DNA of 64,000 bases from Magallana gigas (taxonomy: Eukaryota): NCBI RefSeq assembly GCF_963853765.1, contig NC_088853.1, positions 682,001-746,000 on the forward strand. The letters run 5' to 3'. The notes under the pieces were generated by a model, which had not been told where the DNA came from, made no database searches, and saw only the letters and a program-made list of their open reading frames with translations. This document shows positions 11,501 through 23,706 of this stretch, piece by piece (the stretch's first letter is position 1; every line of letters starts with the position of its first letter). The translations under genes and the position numbers were made by a program.

Positions 11501-14500
11501 TAACTTATGTATCCTTTACAAACACTGACTCATTGAATTATTTCTATTCTTACATATATTTTAAATTCTGACTGATTCTGTGCAGCTCTTATTCTAAACA
11601 TTATATCACTCTTCATTTATAAACAGGAATATTTTTAGTATCTCTTCATATACCTGTACATTGAACTCTTTCGTTACCCCTCAATACTTATTCAATTTAG
11701 ACATTAAATTTTTTCTGTACCCCTCTACATATATTCATTTCAATCTACAGTAAAACACGGTTATAACGAAGCGCCAGAGACGGGTGATTTTGCTTCGTTA
11801 TAAGCGTAATTCGTTTTATCCGTCAAGTTTACAACAAGTAATATAGTCAGGGGGAATGAAAATCATTTCGCTGTAAGCGTCAAATCATTATAAGCGTGTT
11901 CGCTATAACCGTGTTTTACTGTATACTCCTTTCGGTACCCCTCTGTACTCACCATTCTCTAACTCCTCATTCTGTGACTGGTCCCCGTGTCTTGGTTCTC
12001 CGTCCGCCTCGTCTTCACCCGCCTCCACTTCCTCCATTCCGGACTCCTCTATCTTTTCCCTAACCTCCTTTACCTGATGAGCTTTTTTGACCTCTGACCT
12101 AGTTTCCTCCTGATCTGTCACACAGGCTTCACTGTCATCTGTCCAAGTGTGGGCCACGCCCCTCTCTGCCTCCAGAATTTCCTCTGCCGTGTTCTCAAAC
12201 TGGTCATCCGAGGAGTCTCCCTCCTCCTTGACCCCTGCAGCCATTTTGTCCTGTACTCCACTTGGCTCAGGTCCCGAGTCTTTGTTAACCTGTCCCTCTT
12301 TTTTATCTTCATTTTCTCGAACTGTTTCCTCCTTTTCTCCATCATCCTGTAGGGTACAACTCATCCATTAGAATGTTTAAAGATGAACAAAAGATGTGCT
12401 TGGCAAGTACTTGTGAATGAGCATTACACACGCTGTTGTATCTAATCTAACCTATATATGACTTGATTTGGTAAATGATGCAAAAGTTTAAATGTTATTC
12501 ACTTTATTTTAATATTGAGCATAATTGGGAAGAAATGCCTCTCAGTTAAAAAAACTTTAAACAGAAAGACTGATCATTAAACCTTTATTCATTTAATAAT
12601 CTTAAAATCAAATGTTTTCAATGCCATGCACACAGTATTTCCTCTATTAGTAAAATCCTGTTAAAGGTGATTTATTGTAATATGTTGTCTACAACAGCTT
12701 TATATCAAGAGAGCTCAATATAACAACCCATATATGAAATTTATCTGTCTCTAACAACTGTGGATAAACTACATAATAGTACTACCTGGTCTGTGGGTAT
12801 CACATCCACCTCCAGTATTGGAGTTATTTTGGTCTCAGGAATTTTCTCCTCAATTTGAACCCCTAAAGCAGAGCCCTGTTTCTGTGGGTCCTCAGTCACT
12901 TCTGCTGTTACGTCTCCCGAGTCCACAGAGTCCTCTACTCTCTGCGTGATGGTTTCCATCTTCTCCTCTCCATCCTTACGCTGGTCAGTCTGAGCTGTAG
13001 ATTCTTCCTCCTGATTGACTGTTGCAATCTGTGACTCCATCCCTGCTCCCCCATCACTTGCTGTCCCCACAGTCTCCACTGATTCCTTCATCTTGACCTC
13101 TGGGCCTTGTGGAATGACCTGTGTATCAGCCACATCTTGATTGGCTGTTTCTGTTGTGGGCGGAGCCTCTTGCTGTGTGATTGGCGCCTGTTGGGGAGGG
13201 GGCGGGGCATGTTGTTTGACTGGCACCTGTAGATCTAGCTTTAGCTCCTCCTCCTCTGCTAGAGTTGGGGGCCTTGATTCTCTTGTTGGTTTTTTCTCTG
13301 TTGTTTCTTTCTGTTTCTGTTTTATCTAAATAATCAAAGTACTGAGAGTAATGAAAGACGGGGTCTTGAAAGATTGAATTTGAAAATACAGTCAAGTTCA
13401 TTGGAAAATGTTTTTCTCTCTTATAATTTCACTTTAAATTCTGATCTATTTCCCAAATCCCTCTGCAGAACTTGAAAAAAAACACTTTGAACAAATAAAC
13501 ATTTGACAGCAACGTTAGAAATATATATAAAATAGAGCTGCTTTATGTAGATGTAATCACCTAGACAACCTGAAATTACTTTCTGAGGTTTTGATTTAGT
13601 TATAATTGTATTAGCTTTACCTTCCATAGGAAAGCTTCCATTGAAACAGACAAGTTTTAATCTAGACCTACCCTCCGTTTGAGTTGTGTATCAGTAAACT
13701 TCTGTTTGAGTTGGGTGACAAACTTTGGAATACTTTCTCTTTGAGTTGTGTAATTACACATTGTACATACCTTCCATTTGAGTTGGGTGATGATAATAGG
13801 TTGGATCCAACTTCCGTTTGAGTTGGATGACTTCACTTTGACTTACCTTCCATTTGAGTTGAGTGACTACACGTTGGACCTACCTTCCTTTTGAGTTGGG
13901 TGAAGATATGTTGGAGCCAACATCCATATAAGTTGTGTGACGACACGTTGAACCTACCTTCCATTTGAGTTTGGTTTATGATATGTTGGACCTACCTTCT
14001 TTTGAGTTGGATGACGATACGTTTGACCTACCTTCCATTTGAGTTGGATGACAATACATTAGACCTACCTTCCATTTGAGTTGCGTGACTATAAGTTGGA
14101 CCTACCTTCCGTTTGAGTTGCGTGACATTACGTTGGACCTGCCTTCCATTTGAGTTGGGTGACGATACGTTGGACCTACCTTCCATTTGAGTTGCATGAC
14201 GATACGTTGGACCTACCTTCCGTTTGAGTTGGGTGACGATACGTTGGACCTCCCACAGTAGTTCTTCCTTCTCCTGGTCTGTAGATCCAGCGTTGATCTC
14301 AGCGTGCAGCGCGTTCAGTAGAGATTCCTGTTTTTGTAGCTCCTCCTCCATCAGAGCAAGGGATTCTGGGAGTTCCAGGGACCAGCGGGATGTCGTGGGC
14401 TTGATTGGGGGTTTATATCTGATATGAAATTATATGGGGTTAAATCAAATTGACAGATTGGGGGATTATATTGTAAACCAACTTTTATTCGTGTGTGAGA

Positions 14501-17500
14501 AATTTTCGCGAGGTTAGCGAGAGCCTTAAATGGTTGCAAATATTTCTCGCCGCAAACCAATCCTTTGTCTATAGTTTTTATAACAATACAGATCTGGATA
14601 AGGCTTGGTCGTGAACATTAGTCATCATGAACCAGTTTATCGGCAGTTAATCGTGAAATAAAGTCGCTGCGAATAAAAATTAGTTTACAGTATCTGGTAT
14701 GAAATAATACGGGGTTAAATCAATTTGACAGCAGATTATGACATTTACAAGCCCTCTCTCTATTGAATTCAATGACCTATCTAGACATTTATGTATACAC
14801 ATGTCATTTAACTTATCCCCTTAAAATAAGGAAAACTTTGATTAACTCAACCGAATGAAGACCACGTATATTCTGACTTAATTTAGCTCATTTAACATAA
14901 AGAAACAGCTGTGCTCTAACTCCACATGACATTTCCTGATGTATTCACAGTATACAATAAACACAAACCATTGAAATAGTGATACATGTATGTTTACAAC
15001 AAAAATGGATTTTTACAATATACCAACATGTTAACAACATGATGAAGGAATTAATTTCTATTTTGATGTTTATAACACATTTTTGATATTGATTTTAAAT
15101 TTACACTTTTTTTTCTCTCAAGTTTCAAAAACCTGTACTCACTTTTTGATCTCGACGTCTGAGAAGAGTTTACTGGAGGACTGGAACAGAACATTGAGGA
15201 CTCGGTGCGAGATCTGCATGGTGGGACTCAGAACAATGGACACGTTCTGTAGACTCATCTTGTTCTCTTTCTCCTGAACACATACAATATACAACACAAT
15301 TATAACACAGTACAATGGACACGTTCTGTAGACTCATCTTGTTCTCTTTCTCCTGAACACAAACAATATACAACACAATTATAACACAGCACAATGGACA
15401 CGTTCTGTAGACTCATCTTGTTCTCTTTCTCCTGAACACATACAATATACAACACAATTATAACACAGTACAATGGACATGATCCGTAGACTTATCTTGT
15501 TCTCTTTCTCCTGAACACATACAATATACAACACAATTATAACACAGTACAATGGACACATTTTGTAGACTCATCTTGTTCTCTCTCTCTCGTTACATGT
15601 AACACCTACCCTTTGTAACACATTACATGTAACACCTACCCTATGTTACATATTACATGTTACAATTACCCTTTGTATCACATTACATGTAACAATTACC
15701 CTTTAGTAACACATTACATGTAACACCTACCCTTTGTATCACATTACATGTAACACCTACCCTTTGTAATATATTACATGTAACACCTACCCTTTGTATT
15801 ACATGTGTCATGTGCACAATCATCCAGGACAGAAGTAGTCGGTTACAGGTCGGGAGTTCATTGATCAGTCGCCTGAACGTATCACATCTCGCTATCTCAC
15901 CACGCACCACTATCAACAGACAATGTAGCCTCATCAATCAATAGTCATATCAATTATGTTAATATCTTTGTTGATTGAAACCTACTGAGAAGCCAAAACA
16001 TTAATTTCTGTGTAAAGTTAATAGCTGATCAAAACGTCATATTTAATGCATCTCTTGATCTTAGGTGTGACTGTTGCATTATAAAGAACAATAAACAAGG
16101 TTAATTTAAAATGATCTGTACAGTATTGCATTTAAAGGGAAAGTCTCCAATTTTCGCGTGGTTTTTTTAAGGCAAGAAATTAGTAACTACATGTGTAGAA
16201 TGCATAATTAGGACACAATTTATTGATAAATAACCTCAAAAGATTAACATCATTTATTGGTTTACCTGATGCCTCCTCAAACTTGCCCATCAGTGCCTTG
16301 GTCAGCACTGGCTCAGGGAGCTCCCTCAGGAACTGTTTGAGTAGACTCGCGATGATGTTGGGTTCGTGCTCCTCCAGGTAGACAGGTGCCCCCCTGTTGT
16401 AGCAGTCCTTCAGCATTTGAATCTTAGACTTGACCCCCGAGATCCGGTAGATCCCCTCACACGATAGACCTGTCAATCATAAAGAAGACCTGTCAATCAT
16501 AAAGAAGACCTGTCAATCATAAAGAAGACCTGTCAATCATAAAGAAGACCTGTCAATCATAAAGAAGACCTGTCAATCATAAAGAGGACCTGTTAATCAT
16601 AAAGACGACCTGTCAATCATAAAGAAGACCTGTCAATCATAAAGGATCATATAGAAACACCTGCACATCACACAACAGTATACAATTGTTGACTGGTAAC
16701 AGTTGATCTGTCGGACCGGCTCGCAAACTGTTGCCCAAGGACAAGGTGCTGTTCAATACAGTCTTCACACTCCCCAATATTTGATTTAATTCTTACCATG
16801 CTCTTCTATATAGTCCTCACACTCCCTGATATTTGATTTGATGCTTACCATGCTCTTCTATATACTGCACACACTCCCTGACATTTGATTTGATTCTTAC
16901 CATGCTCTTCTATATAGTCCACACACTCCCTGACATTTGATTTGATGCTTACCATGCTCTTCTATATACTGCACACACTCCCTGACATTTGATTTGATTC
17001 TTACCATGCTCTTCTATATAGTCCACACACTCCCTGATATTTGATTTGATTCTTACCATGCTCTTCTATATAGTCCACACACTCCCTGATATTTAATTTG
17101 ATTCTTACCATGCTCTTCTATATAGTCCACACACTCCCTGACATTTAAATTAAGGTGGCTCTATACACTCACAGTCTATTCCAATTTTCAATAGAAGACC
17201 ACAAAACATATACTTATCAAATATTAAAACGACGATAGGGATACTATAGGTATTTTTAAAGAATATTTTAATGTTTTTTCGTGTTTTTGTAAAATATTTT
17301 TTAAAAAGACAGCTATCAACAAATTGAGAGAAATTATTTTGTCATATGATCGATATTTCCTTCGGACACATAGAAAAAAATATATAACACTTCTAAACAT
17401 TCAAAAATGTTATTATTGCAATTTTTTTTAGTATTTCCCCAAAACATAATTTTTTATATTTTCTTACTCTGTTGACAAATCATCTGAAAAAGTTGCTTGA

Positions 17501-20500
17501 TGTTATAAGAAAATGTATTTTAATAAATTTGACATACAAAATTGAATGAAAACCATTGCAAATAAACACAAAAAATATTTAAAATTTTATTTGGTATGAA
17601 AGTTCCTCATGTAAGGGTTATCGTTCCTAAGTCCCAAGGCCAAAACACCTTGGGGACTTTTCATTTCTGAGTTGAAGGAAATTTCCTAAATATAATGTTG
17701 GAATGATAAATACATACATATTTCATTACAGACTTTGCTCTGTATAAGTGAATATATTCGCTTTAATGCAAAACTAAGTCAAAAAAATAAAGGGGAACAT
17801 TGACTAGGCTAATAGGATTTATGTATCCCAACCTGAGAGAAATTCAAAGCAACCCTCTCATCCCCGTTAGGTGTCGATATTAATGTGCATTAAAGTATAT
17901 TATAATTGAAATATTTTCACCTGTTTAGAATTTTCTTTCACGGTATTCAACCAAAAAATACGTTTAAGAATTTTTTGGAAAGTTAAAATTTTTATTGTTC
18001 TCAACGGGAATCGAACTCATGACCTCCTGGTTTGTAGTGAACCCACTAACCCACTGCGCTACGGTGTAACATATCAATGTTGCTAAAGAAACTCTTTAAA
18101 AATTTATATTTGATTTTGTTGTTTATTTCGATAAATAATACCACAAAACGTGAAGGTGTCACATACCACATTACTTGTAAGCAATGAATTTTCCAATTAT
18201 CAAATTAAATCTATCCATTAAACAAATTTTTCAAAATAGCGGTTCCCATACAATTCACCTCAGTTTAAATCAGCCAGTACCGGAAATGCATGTTTCCAGA
18301 TTTACTTTTTTGCGTACAGCGTCATCAAAAAGTGGTGTATAGAGCCACCTTAGTTCTTACCGTGCTCTTCTATATAGTCCACACACTCCCTGAATAGTCG
18401 CGGCAAATCGATTCCATCATGACTTGGACTCCGCTCAACAGCCACAGAGAGTGGCACACCAAAAATAGGCTTAGTGGCTTCTTCTGAAAGGATAGAAAGA
18501 TGGAACAGTCAGAAAAAATATTGTTGCTCTTTCATCATCTACCTGTTCATACCTTTCTCACTGTTACCCATCTATTGTGATGTCATCATCTACCTGTACG
18601 TACCTGTGATGTCATCATCTACCTGTACGTACCTGTGATGTCATCATCTACCTGTATGTACCTGTGATGTCATTATCTACCTGTACATACCTGTGATGCC
18701 ATTATCTACCTATACATACCTTGCTCACTCTTACCCATCTATTGTGATGTCATCATCTACCTGTACGTACCTGTGATGTCATCATCTACCTGTATGTACC
18801 TGTGATGTCATCATCTACCTGTACGTACCTGTGATGTCATCATCTACCTGTACGTTCCTGTGATGTCATCATCTACCTGTACGTACCTGTGATGTCATCA
18901 TCTACCTGTACGTACCTGTGATGTCATCATCTACCTGTATGTACCTGTGATGTCATTATCTACCTGTACATACCTGTGATGTCATTATCTACCTATACAT
19001 ACCTTGCTCACTCTTACCCATCAATTGTGATGTCATCATCTACCTGTACGTAGCTGTGATGTCATCATCTACCTGTATGTACCTGTGATGTCATTATCTT
19101 CCTGTACGTACCTGTGATGCCATTATCTACCTGTACATACCTGTGATGTCATTATCTACCTGTGCGTACCTGGTTCGGCTGGAGCTGGAGGCTCATGCTT
19201 GGATTTCTTTTTTCCTTTTGTTTTGTGTTTCTTTCCATCTTTCTCTTCTTTCTTCACTTCCTTTTCTTTTTCCTTTTCATCTTTCTTTCCATCTTTGTCC
19301 TTCTTTTCTTCCTAAAATTTAATTGACTTGTGTAAAGTATCACTATAACTTTCTGTTCATTATTTCAAAAATAAAAAAATATCAATAACGGTCAACAATT
19401 TGAAATTCTTTTTTGATAATCATTGTCACCATAACCAATGTTTACTCTAGTGAGACCTAAAAATTAAAGTTCATTTACCCACATACAGAATTAACTCAAG
19501 CAGAAAGACTACTGCATTTTGTTCCTCAAGGGACAACATCAAGGCAAAGGTCCGGGGCCACTCACCTTTGGTTTCTGCTTTTTGAAAAACGACTTGGTTT
19601 TCTTCACCTTAGAGGGACTCCTGTAAAACAGTGAAACAACTCAAAATAAGACCACAACAGAAATAAAACAAAATGAGTTTATAAAGTGTGTACATTAAAT
19701 ATACTAGGTCATTCACCAAAAACTCATTAAATCAATGATTAACTTGGTTGTCAAGTAATGTTAATTAGGTTCTGTATCAGGGTTCTTTTCACCTCGTGTC
19801 ATTTTTGCTCTTATACAATTGCAAGCAGTTTTGACCCTTATTGAATTCGCCCAGACGCAGTTTTGTTTATAGAGAAATAATTGAAGACATCGGAATTCGC
19901 CCAGTCTTAAATCTGCCCACTGACAATGAGGGCGAAGGGCCAAAATAAAACGGGGGCCAAAATAAAACGGGGGAGAAAATAAAACGGGGGCGAATATTGC
20001 CATGTATACAGTATTTCTTTTATCTTCTTTTATTTCTTCGTAAGAAAACATTGGGTAGGTAAACTGACTTGATGTTTTTCACGGTAGATTGAGATTTCTA
20101 AAATACAAATAAAGAGTGAAATACTTTGACCTGTTTGGCGGTCGGCAGATTATATTAGCAACCCAATTAAGCCATTTCTTTTGCTGGCAAACAAACGTTA
20201 TGCTATTTGAAAGATATCATTTATTCAAATGCTTAACAACACTTTAAATTTCATGAGGATAGCATTATTGGAACAAAAGCTATGACATTTTAAAGTTATA
20301 AAATTTCAGTCGTTTTCTGGAATTTTATGCTTTGATAATGATCAAGCTCAGTAAAGACGAGAAATATGGCGGACAATGCCTTTTACAAGTCGTGTTTAGC
20401 TTTAAGATCAGCTGAGATATAACTGAGATAGTGTTAACTCACTTGACTTCATCTAAGGTGAGCTGAGATGTGTCAGAGTCCTCTTCGTCGAACTTGACGT

Positions 20501-21228
20501 ACCCCTGATCCTTCTGCCCTTTCTTGGAGTCGCGTTTCTTTCCCAGTAAATCTCGCTTCTTCCCTTCTTCAGAGCCTGACATAAGGGAGAGAATTTTTGC
20601 GATGACAAATTCAAAATTCCTTTTTTAAGTTAGAAATACAAACAGAAATATTGTAGTAAGATACATGTAAATGTATACAATGAGTTAATATGGCCCCATT
20701 CAGCTTGTCTGTGTCCGTAGATTTCTTTTTATAGCGCTACATTTGTAGGAATTAATATCCCATAAAATGGCGAGAAGAATATCTTGCAGGTTTTTAAATA
20801 TCTGGGTTTTTTTTTTGCATACATATACCATACAAATCTTAATGAAACTATGATAAAAATTTATATTATCATGATTTAATGCAAAACAATTGAATTGTGG
20901 AATTAAGTACTTGTATAATATAATGAACCTACAGTTTTCAAAATGATTAGTCATGGACATTTACCACAGACTGCAAGTACAGTCCCTGAAAGTTCAACTT
21001 TCCCATTTTTCTGTGCATTCACCATGTGCTCAGATTGCACTCGCAGAACTTTCACTTGCACTTTTCACCCGTATTTACACCAATATGATATGGACAGGTT
21101 TACATTGAGAAGTATTCAAGACATTGTAGTGTAGATCGGTTAGGCCTCACTGGATGTACAAGAAAAAGTATTTCTCTTACTGGGAAGCCGCTACAGACAA
21201 CATCGAAGAAACCTTGAGGTAAATCCAT
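8575..21228 (-). CDS. RALBP1: RalA-binding protein 1 (RLIP76): RhoGAP domain, Ral-binding domain, C-terminal coiled coil; about 864 aa
   Basis: Exons 5' to 3': 21228-21181, 20985-20965, 20736-20679 (least certain), 20575-20443, 19620-19566, 19311-19170, 18483-18361, 16469-16266, 15909-15791, 15273-15143, 14418-14217, 13325-12786, 12346-11953, 11165-11076, 9724-9522, 8706-8575 (TAA). Phases are all consistent. Family motifs recalled from human/fly RALBP1: FPGLY, PIFGVPL..AVERS..HDGI.LP..FRECVDYIEEHG, GLSCEGIYRISG, LLSWMIVHMTHV, KMSLQNVSIVLSPTMQISHRVL, LLWEVQRIVTQLKRK, EEYSSES..SEDEEDLQ. Confidence 0.95.
8890..9116. mobile_element. TA-flanked MITE (tactgta...tacagta type)
   Basis: Imperfect TIRs; similar architecture at 14469-14692, and related partial copies at 19815-20012 and 43040-43233 that resemble each other. 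Confidence 0.55.
10125..10279. mobile_element. Near-perfect palindrome (about 60-bp arms), core of a probable non-autonomous Crypton-like element
   Basis: gcattgaatcatgattttttgaagtatacactctcataactgccgcggtgtgtgcatacaaatt is followed, after a short loop, by its reverse complement. Degenerate analogues at 3940-4030 and 48740-48875. Confidence 0.55.
11748..11921. mobile_element. Tc1/mariner-type MITE, copy 2
   Basis: Same TIRs and internal sequence as 5958-6131; TA flanks. Confidence 0.8.
13665..14216 (-). repeat. About 39-bp minisatellite copying the RALBP1 exon end (TQLKRK) plus donor gtaggtcc
   Basis: - strand unit caacgtatcgtcacccaactcaaacggaag|gtaggtc, about 14 degenerate copies. Confidence 0.9.
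14469..14692. mobile_element. TA-flanked MITE
   Basis: TIR tgtaaaccaacttttattcg / gcgaataaaaattagtttaca. Confidence 0.65.
15274..15790 (-). repeat. Intron made of a donor-derived about 31-bp array plus an acceptor-derived about 80-bp array
   Basis: caaagg|gtaggtgttacatgtaa repeats at 15590-15790; gtatgtgttcag|gagaaagagaacaagatgagtctac repeats at 15274-15590. Confidence 0.9.
16470..16645 (-). repeat. 20-bp minisatellite copying the acceptor of the RhoGAP exon
   Basis: - strand unit ttctttatgattgacag|gtc, about 9 copies. Confidence 0.9.
16775..17147 (-). repeat. 50-bp minisatellite copying exon end (RECVDYIEEHG) plus donor GTAAG
   Basis: Unit cagggagtgtgtggactatatagaagagcatg|gtaagaatcaaatcaaat, about 7-8 copies; separated from the real exon by a transposon. 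Confidence 0.9.
17154..18349. mobile_element. Non-autonomous TTAA-type (Kolobok-like) DNA transposon with an internal tRNA-like segment
   Basis: 15-bp perfect TIR ggtggctctatacac; flanks TTAA / TTAG; tRNA-like A and B boxes on the - strand at 18003-18066; no ORF. Confidence 0.75.
18535..19169 (-). repeat. 29-bp minisatellite built from the donor region
   Basis: - strand unit cag|gtacgtacaggtagatgatgacatca, about 20 copies, starting at the donor of exon 19311-19170. Confidence 0.9.
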
Positions 21229-21767
21229 GGGAATAGGTATGCTGCTGGGAGCTCTGTATTAATATACACTGAGTAGAACAACTTTAAGACTCTTGTGAAC
21301 CTTGTGAAACTTCCTTGCATGCAAAAAATGTTGGTTTGATACAGTATATAATAAACACAAAAAGTAGGTTCTTTCTGACCCAGTCAGCATCCATATGTTG
21401 GCCCAACGTAAAGCCAACAATACTTGTTTTGTTGGCCCAATGTTGAATTCCAACGTTGGTACAACATCGAAGTGCAAAGTGGGCCTTTGTTGGGCCAATT
21501 TATTGGTTAAACGTTGGTGCAACATTGGAAGCAGATTATATAGACGTTGGCCCAACATCAAATATATGTTGGGCCAATACGCAAAACTACAACCTTTAGT
21601 TTAGGTTTATCTTGTGTTGGTCCAATGTTTCTTTCGCGTTGGCTCAACGTTTCCTTTGGTTGGTCCAACAATTCTTTAACGTTGGCCAAATGTTTTTCTC
21701 ACCTTACATTGGCCTTGACATTTTGCCACCATTATTTAGTTTACATGGAGGATGGACCAATATCACA

Positions 21768-21798
<31 letters not shown>

Positions 21799-21993
21799 CT
21801 GTTCATTCAGAAATCTTATCAAATAAAAATTATCTAACATCAATTAAGTGAGAGAAAATACAAGATTTTTATATTTTGATGGTATGTTTATTATTACAAA
21901 TGAATAAAAGATTTATCTAATTGATTTTTAAGGATAACTTAAAGTCAAAATAAGAGAACTTCATGTACGTTTACTGTTCAGTTAAACAAAAAT

Positions 21994-22534
21994 TTAGCTG
22001 GACTCCTGTTCTTCTTCAGCAGCCTTTTTCTGTTTCCTGTCTTTTCTACCTCCATCCTTGTCACAGGAGTATCGCAGCCAGTCTTTGGCGGCATCCTCGA
22101 TATCTTTATTTGTTGCATCCCTACAACACCGATTTTTCCTCACGGTAACTGTCAAAATAGAAAAATAATGACAACACCTGTTAGTTCTTGAATGAAACAC
22201 ATTTAACTTTCTTTTAATACATCATAATAAGCATATGACTTCTGCAAATTACCATATACATGTAGTATTTTAGAAGAAAAAAATGTGTAAAAGTCTCAAT
22301 ATAAAAGGAAATATAAAACATATGTATACATGTATTATTGATGTTTCAATATTTCAACCTTATGACATTTAATTTAGTTAATATATTGTGTTTCTCGGAG
22401 GAACTATTTTTCTTAAATTTACATTAAAAAAAATTGAATTATCATGGAGTTGCCCCCCCCCCTTTTTTTGGAAGTGTGTAAAATTTTGAAATTGAAAATT
22501 AGGAATTTAAGAGTGAAATCGAAAAGGCATAGAT

Positions 22535-22568
<34 letters not shown>

Positions 22569-22938
22569 ATTAGGATTTTGAAGATTTTGGAAAGGTTTTT
22601 TTTTGGTGTGATTTTTTGTGTCAAGATTTTTGGATGAGTCTGCCCCCCCCCCCCCCCCCCCCCAGTTTCAAAAACGATGCTATGTGCCTGGATGAAGGGG
22701 AAAAAGTTCACAATATATGTCTTACAACGTTTATCTTCTGAAAAAAAATATAGTAATAAGTATAAAATTATTACTTACGGAGCAGAACATCTTTCAAAAG
22801 TGAGATGGAAAAGGCCTTTTTTCCTCCTCTCCCTAGCCAATTCATTTTTTTGGCAACGTCGTTGTTTGAGATCGAAGCCATCACTCGTCTTACGCTTTGT
22901 TTAATGTTATCCCCGCCAATCGTTCCAAGTTTTCTTAT
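21994..22938 (-). pseudogene. Two-exon remnant encoding a BEN/DUF4806-like domain, carried by the transposon
   Basis: Exons about 22938-22779 (IRKLGTIGGDNIKQSVRRVMASISNNDVAKKMNWLGRGGKKAFSISLLKDVLL) and about 22149-21994 (TVRKNRCCRDATNKDIEDAAKDWLRYSCDKDGGRKDRK...stop) join in frame at phase 1. The IGG...VRR.M...A..NW.G..GK.AF...WL....DR.GGR pattern is recalled from transposon-associated BEN-like proteins. Confidence 0.6.
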
Positions 22939-23706
22939 CTAAATACATGTAAACAGTAAGTTTAATTTTATGCTTAATATTAACACACTATTAATTCTCA
23001 ATTCATTGTTCATGAACAGTTTTCTGGTATAATTACAAGATAAAAATTTTTATGAAAGTTTTTTAAATCATTTTTTTGACTTTATATTCTGAGGTCTGAA
23101 TCAAATATATAGTAGGTAATGGTGAGAAAAATATTATTCATACATGTACAAATCTTGCTATGATGTAAATCTATTTCATTATAAATTACGATACTCATAT
23201 TACTAAAATATATAGTTCAATTAATAGGATTTGAAAAATACTAACATGTTGCTCTCTCTGGAACGATCTCGACACAATATTCCTCTTTGTCTTTGTGTGT
23301 GTCTTGCGCGCGAAGAAAGCTGACCTTTTTTTCAAAACTTAATTTATTGCCCTCCTTGGAGTCAACTTGGCATCCCTTTACAGAGCCGCATGCAGGGAGT
23401 GCTCCGACCATTAGCTGGCATTACACCAGACGCATATTAATTAATCTTTTGACCGATGTTTAAGATCGAGTAATTCCAGCAATATACTAGTAGCAACCTA
23501 AAGCTTGCAAATTGGCTACATATTTTAATGTAGATATAATATAATGTACAATGTACAATATAAATCATTACGTATATATATGGAAATGAATTACATTGAC
23601 CCAATCGTGGCCCAACGTTAACTATATAAACATGATATTTACATGTATAGTATCATCTATAATTTAACCCGTTAACGATCATTTTGAACTAGCTGTTGAT
23701 ATATAA

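Noticed and set aside
21994-22200. Lys/Glu-rich ORF on the RALBP1 strand as a possible RALBP1 exon
   Set aside because: It ends in a stop, lies upstream of the RALBP1 ATG and inside the CCCAG element; it fits the BEN-like cargo instead.
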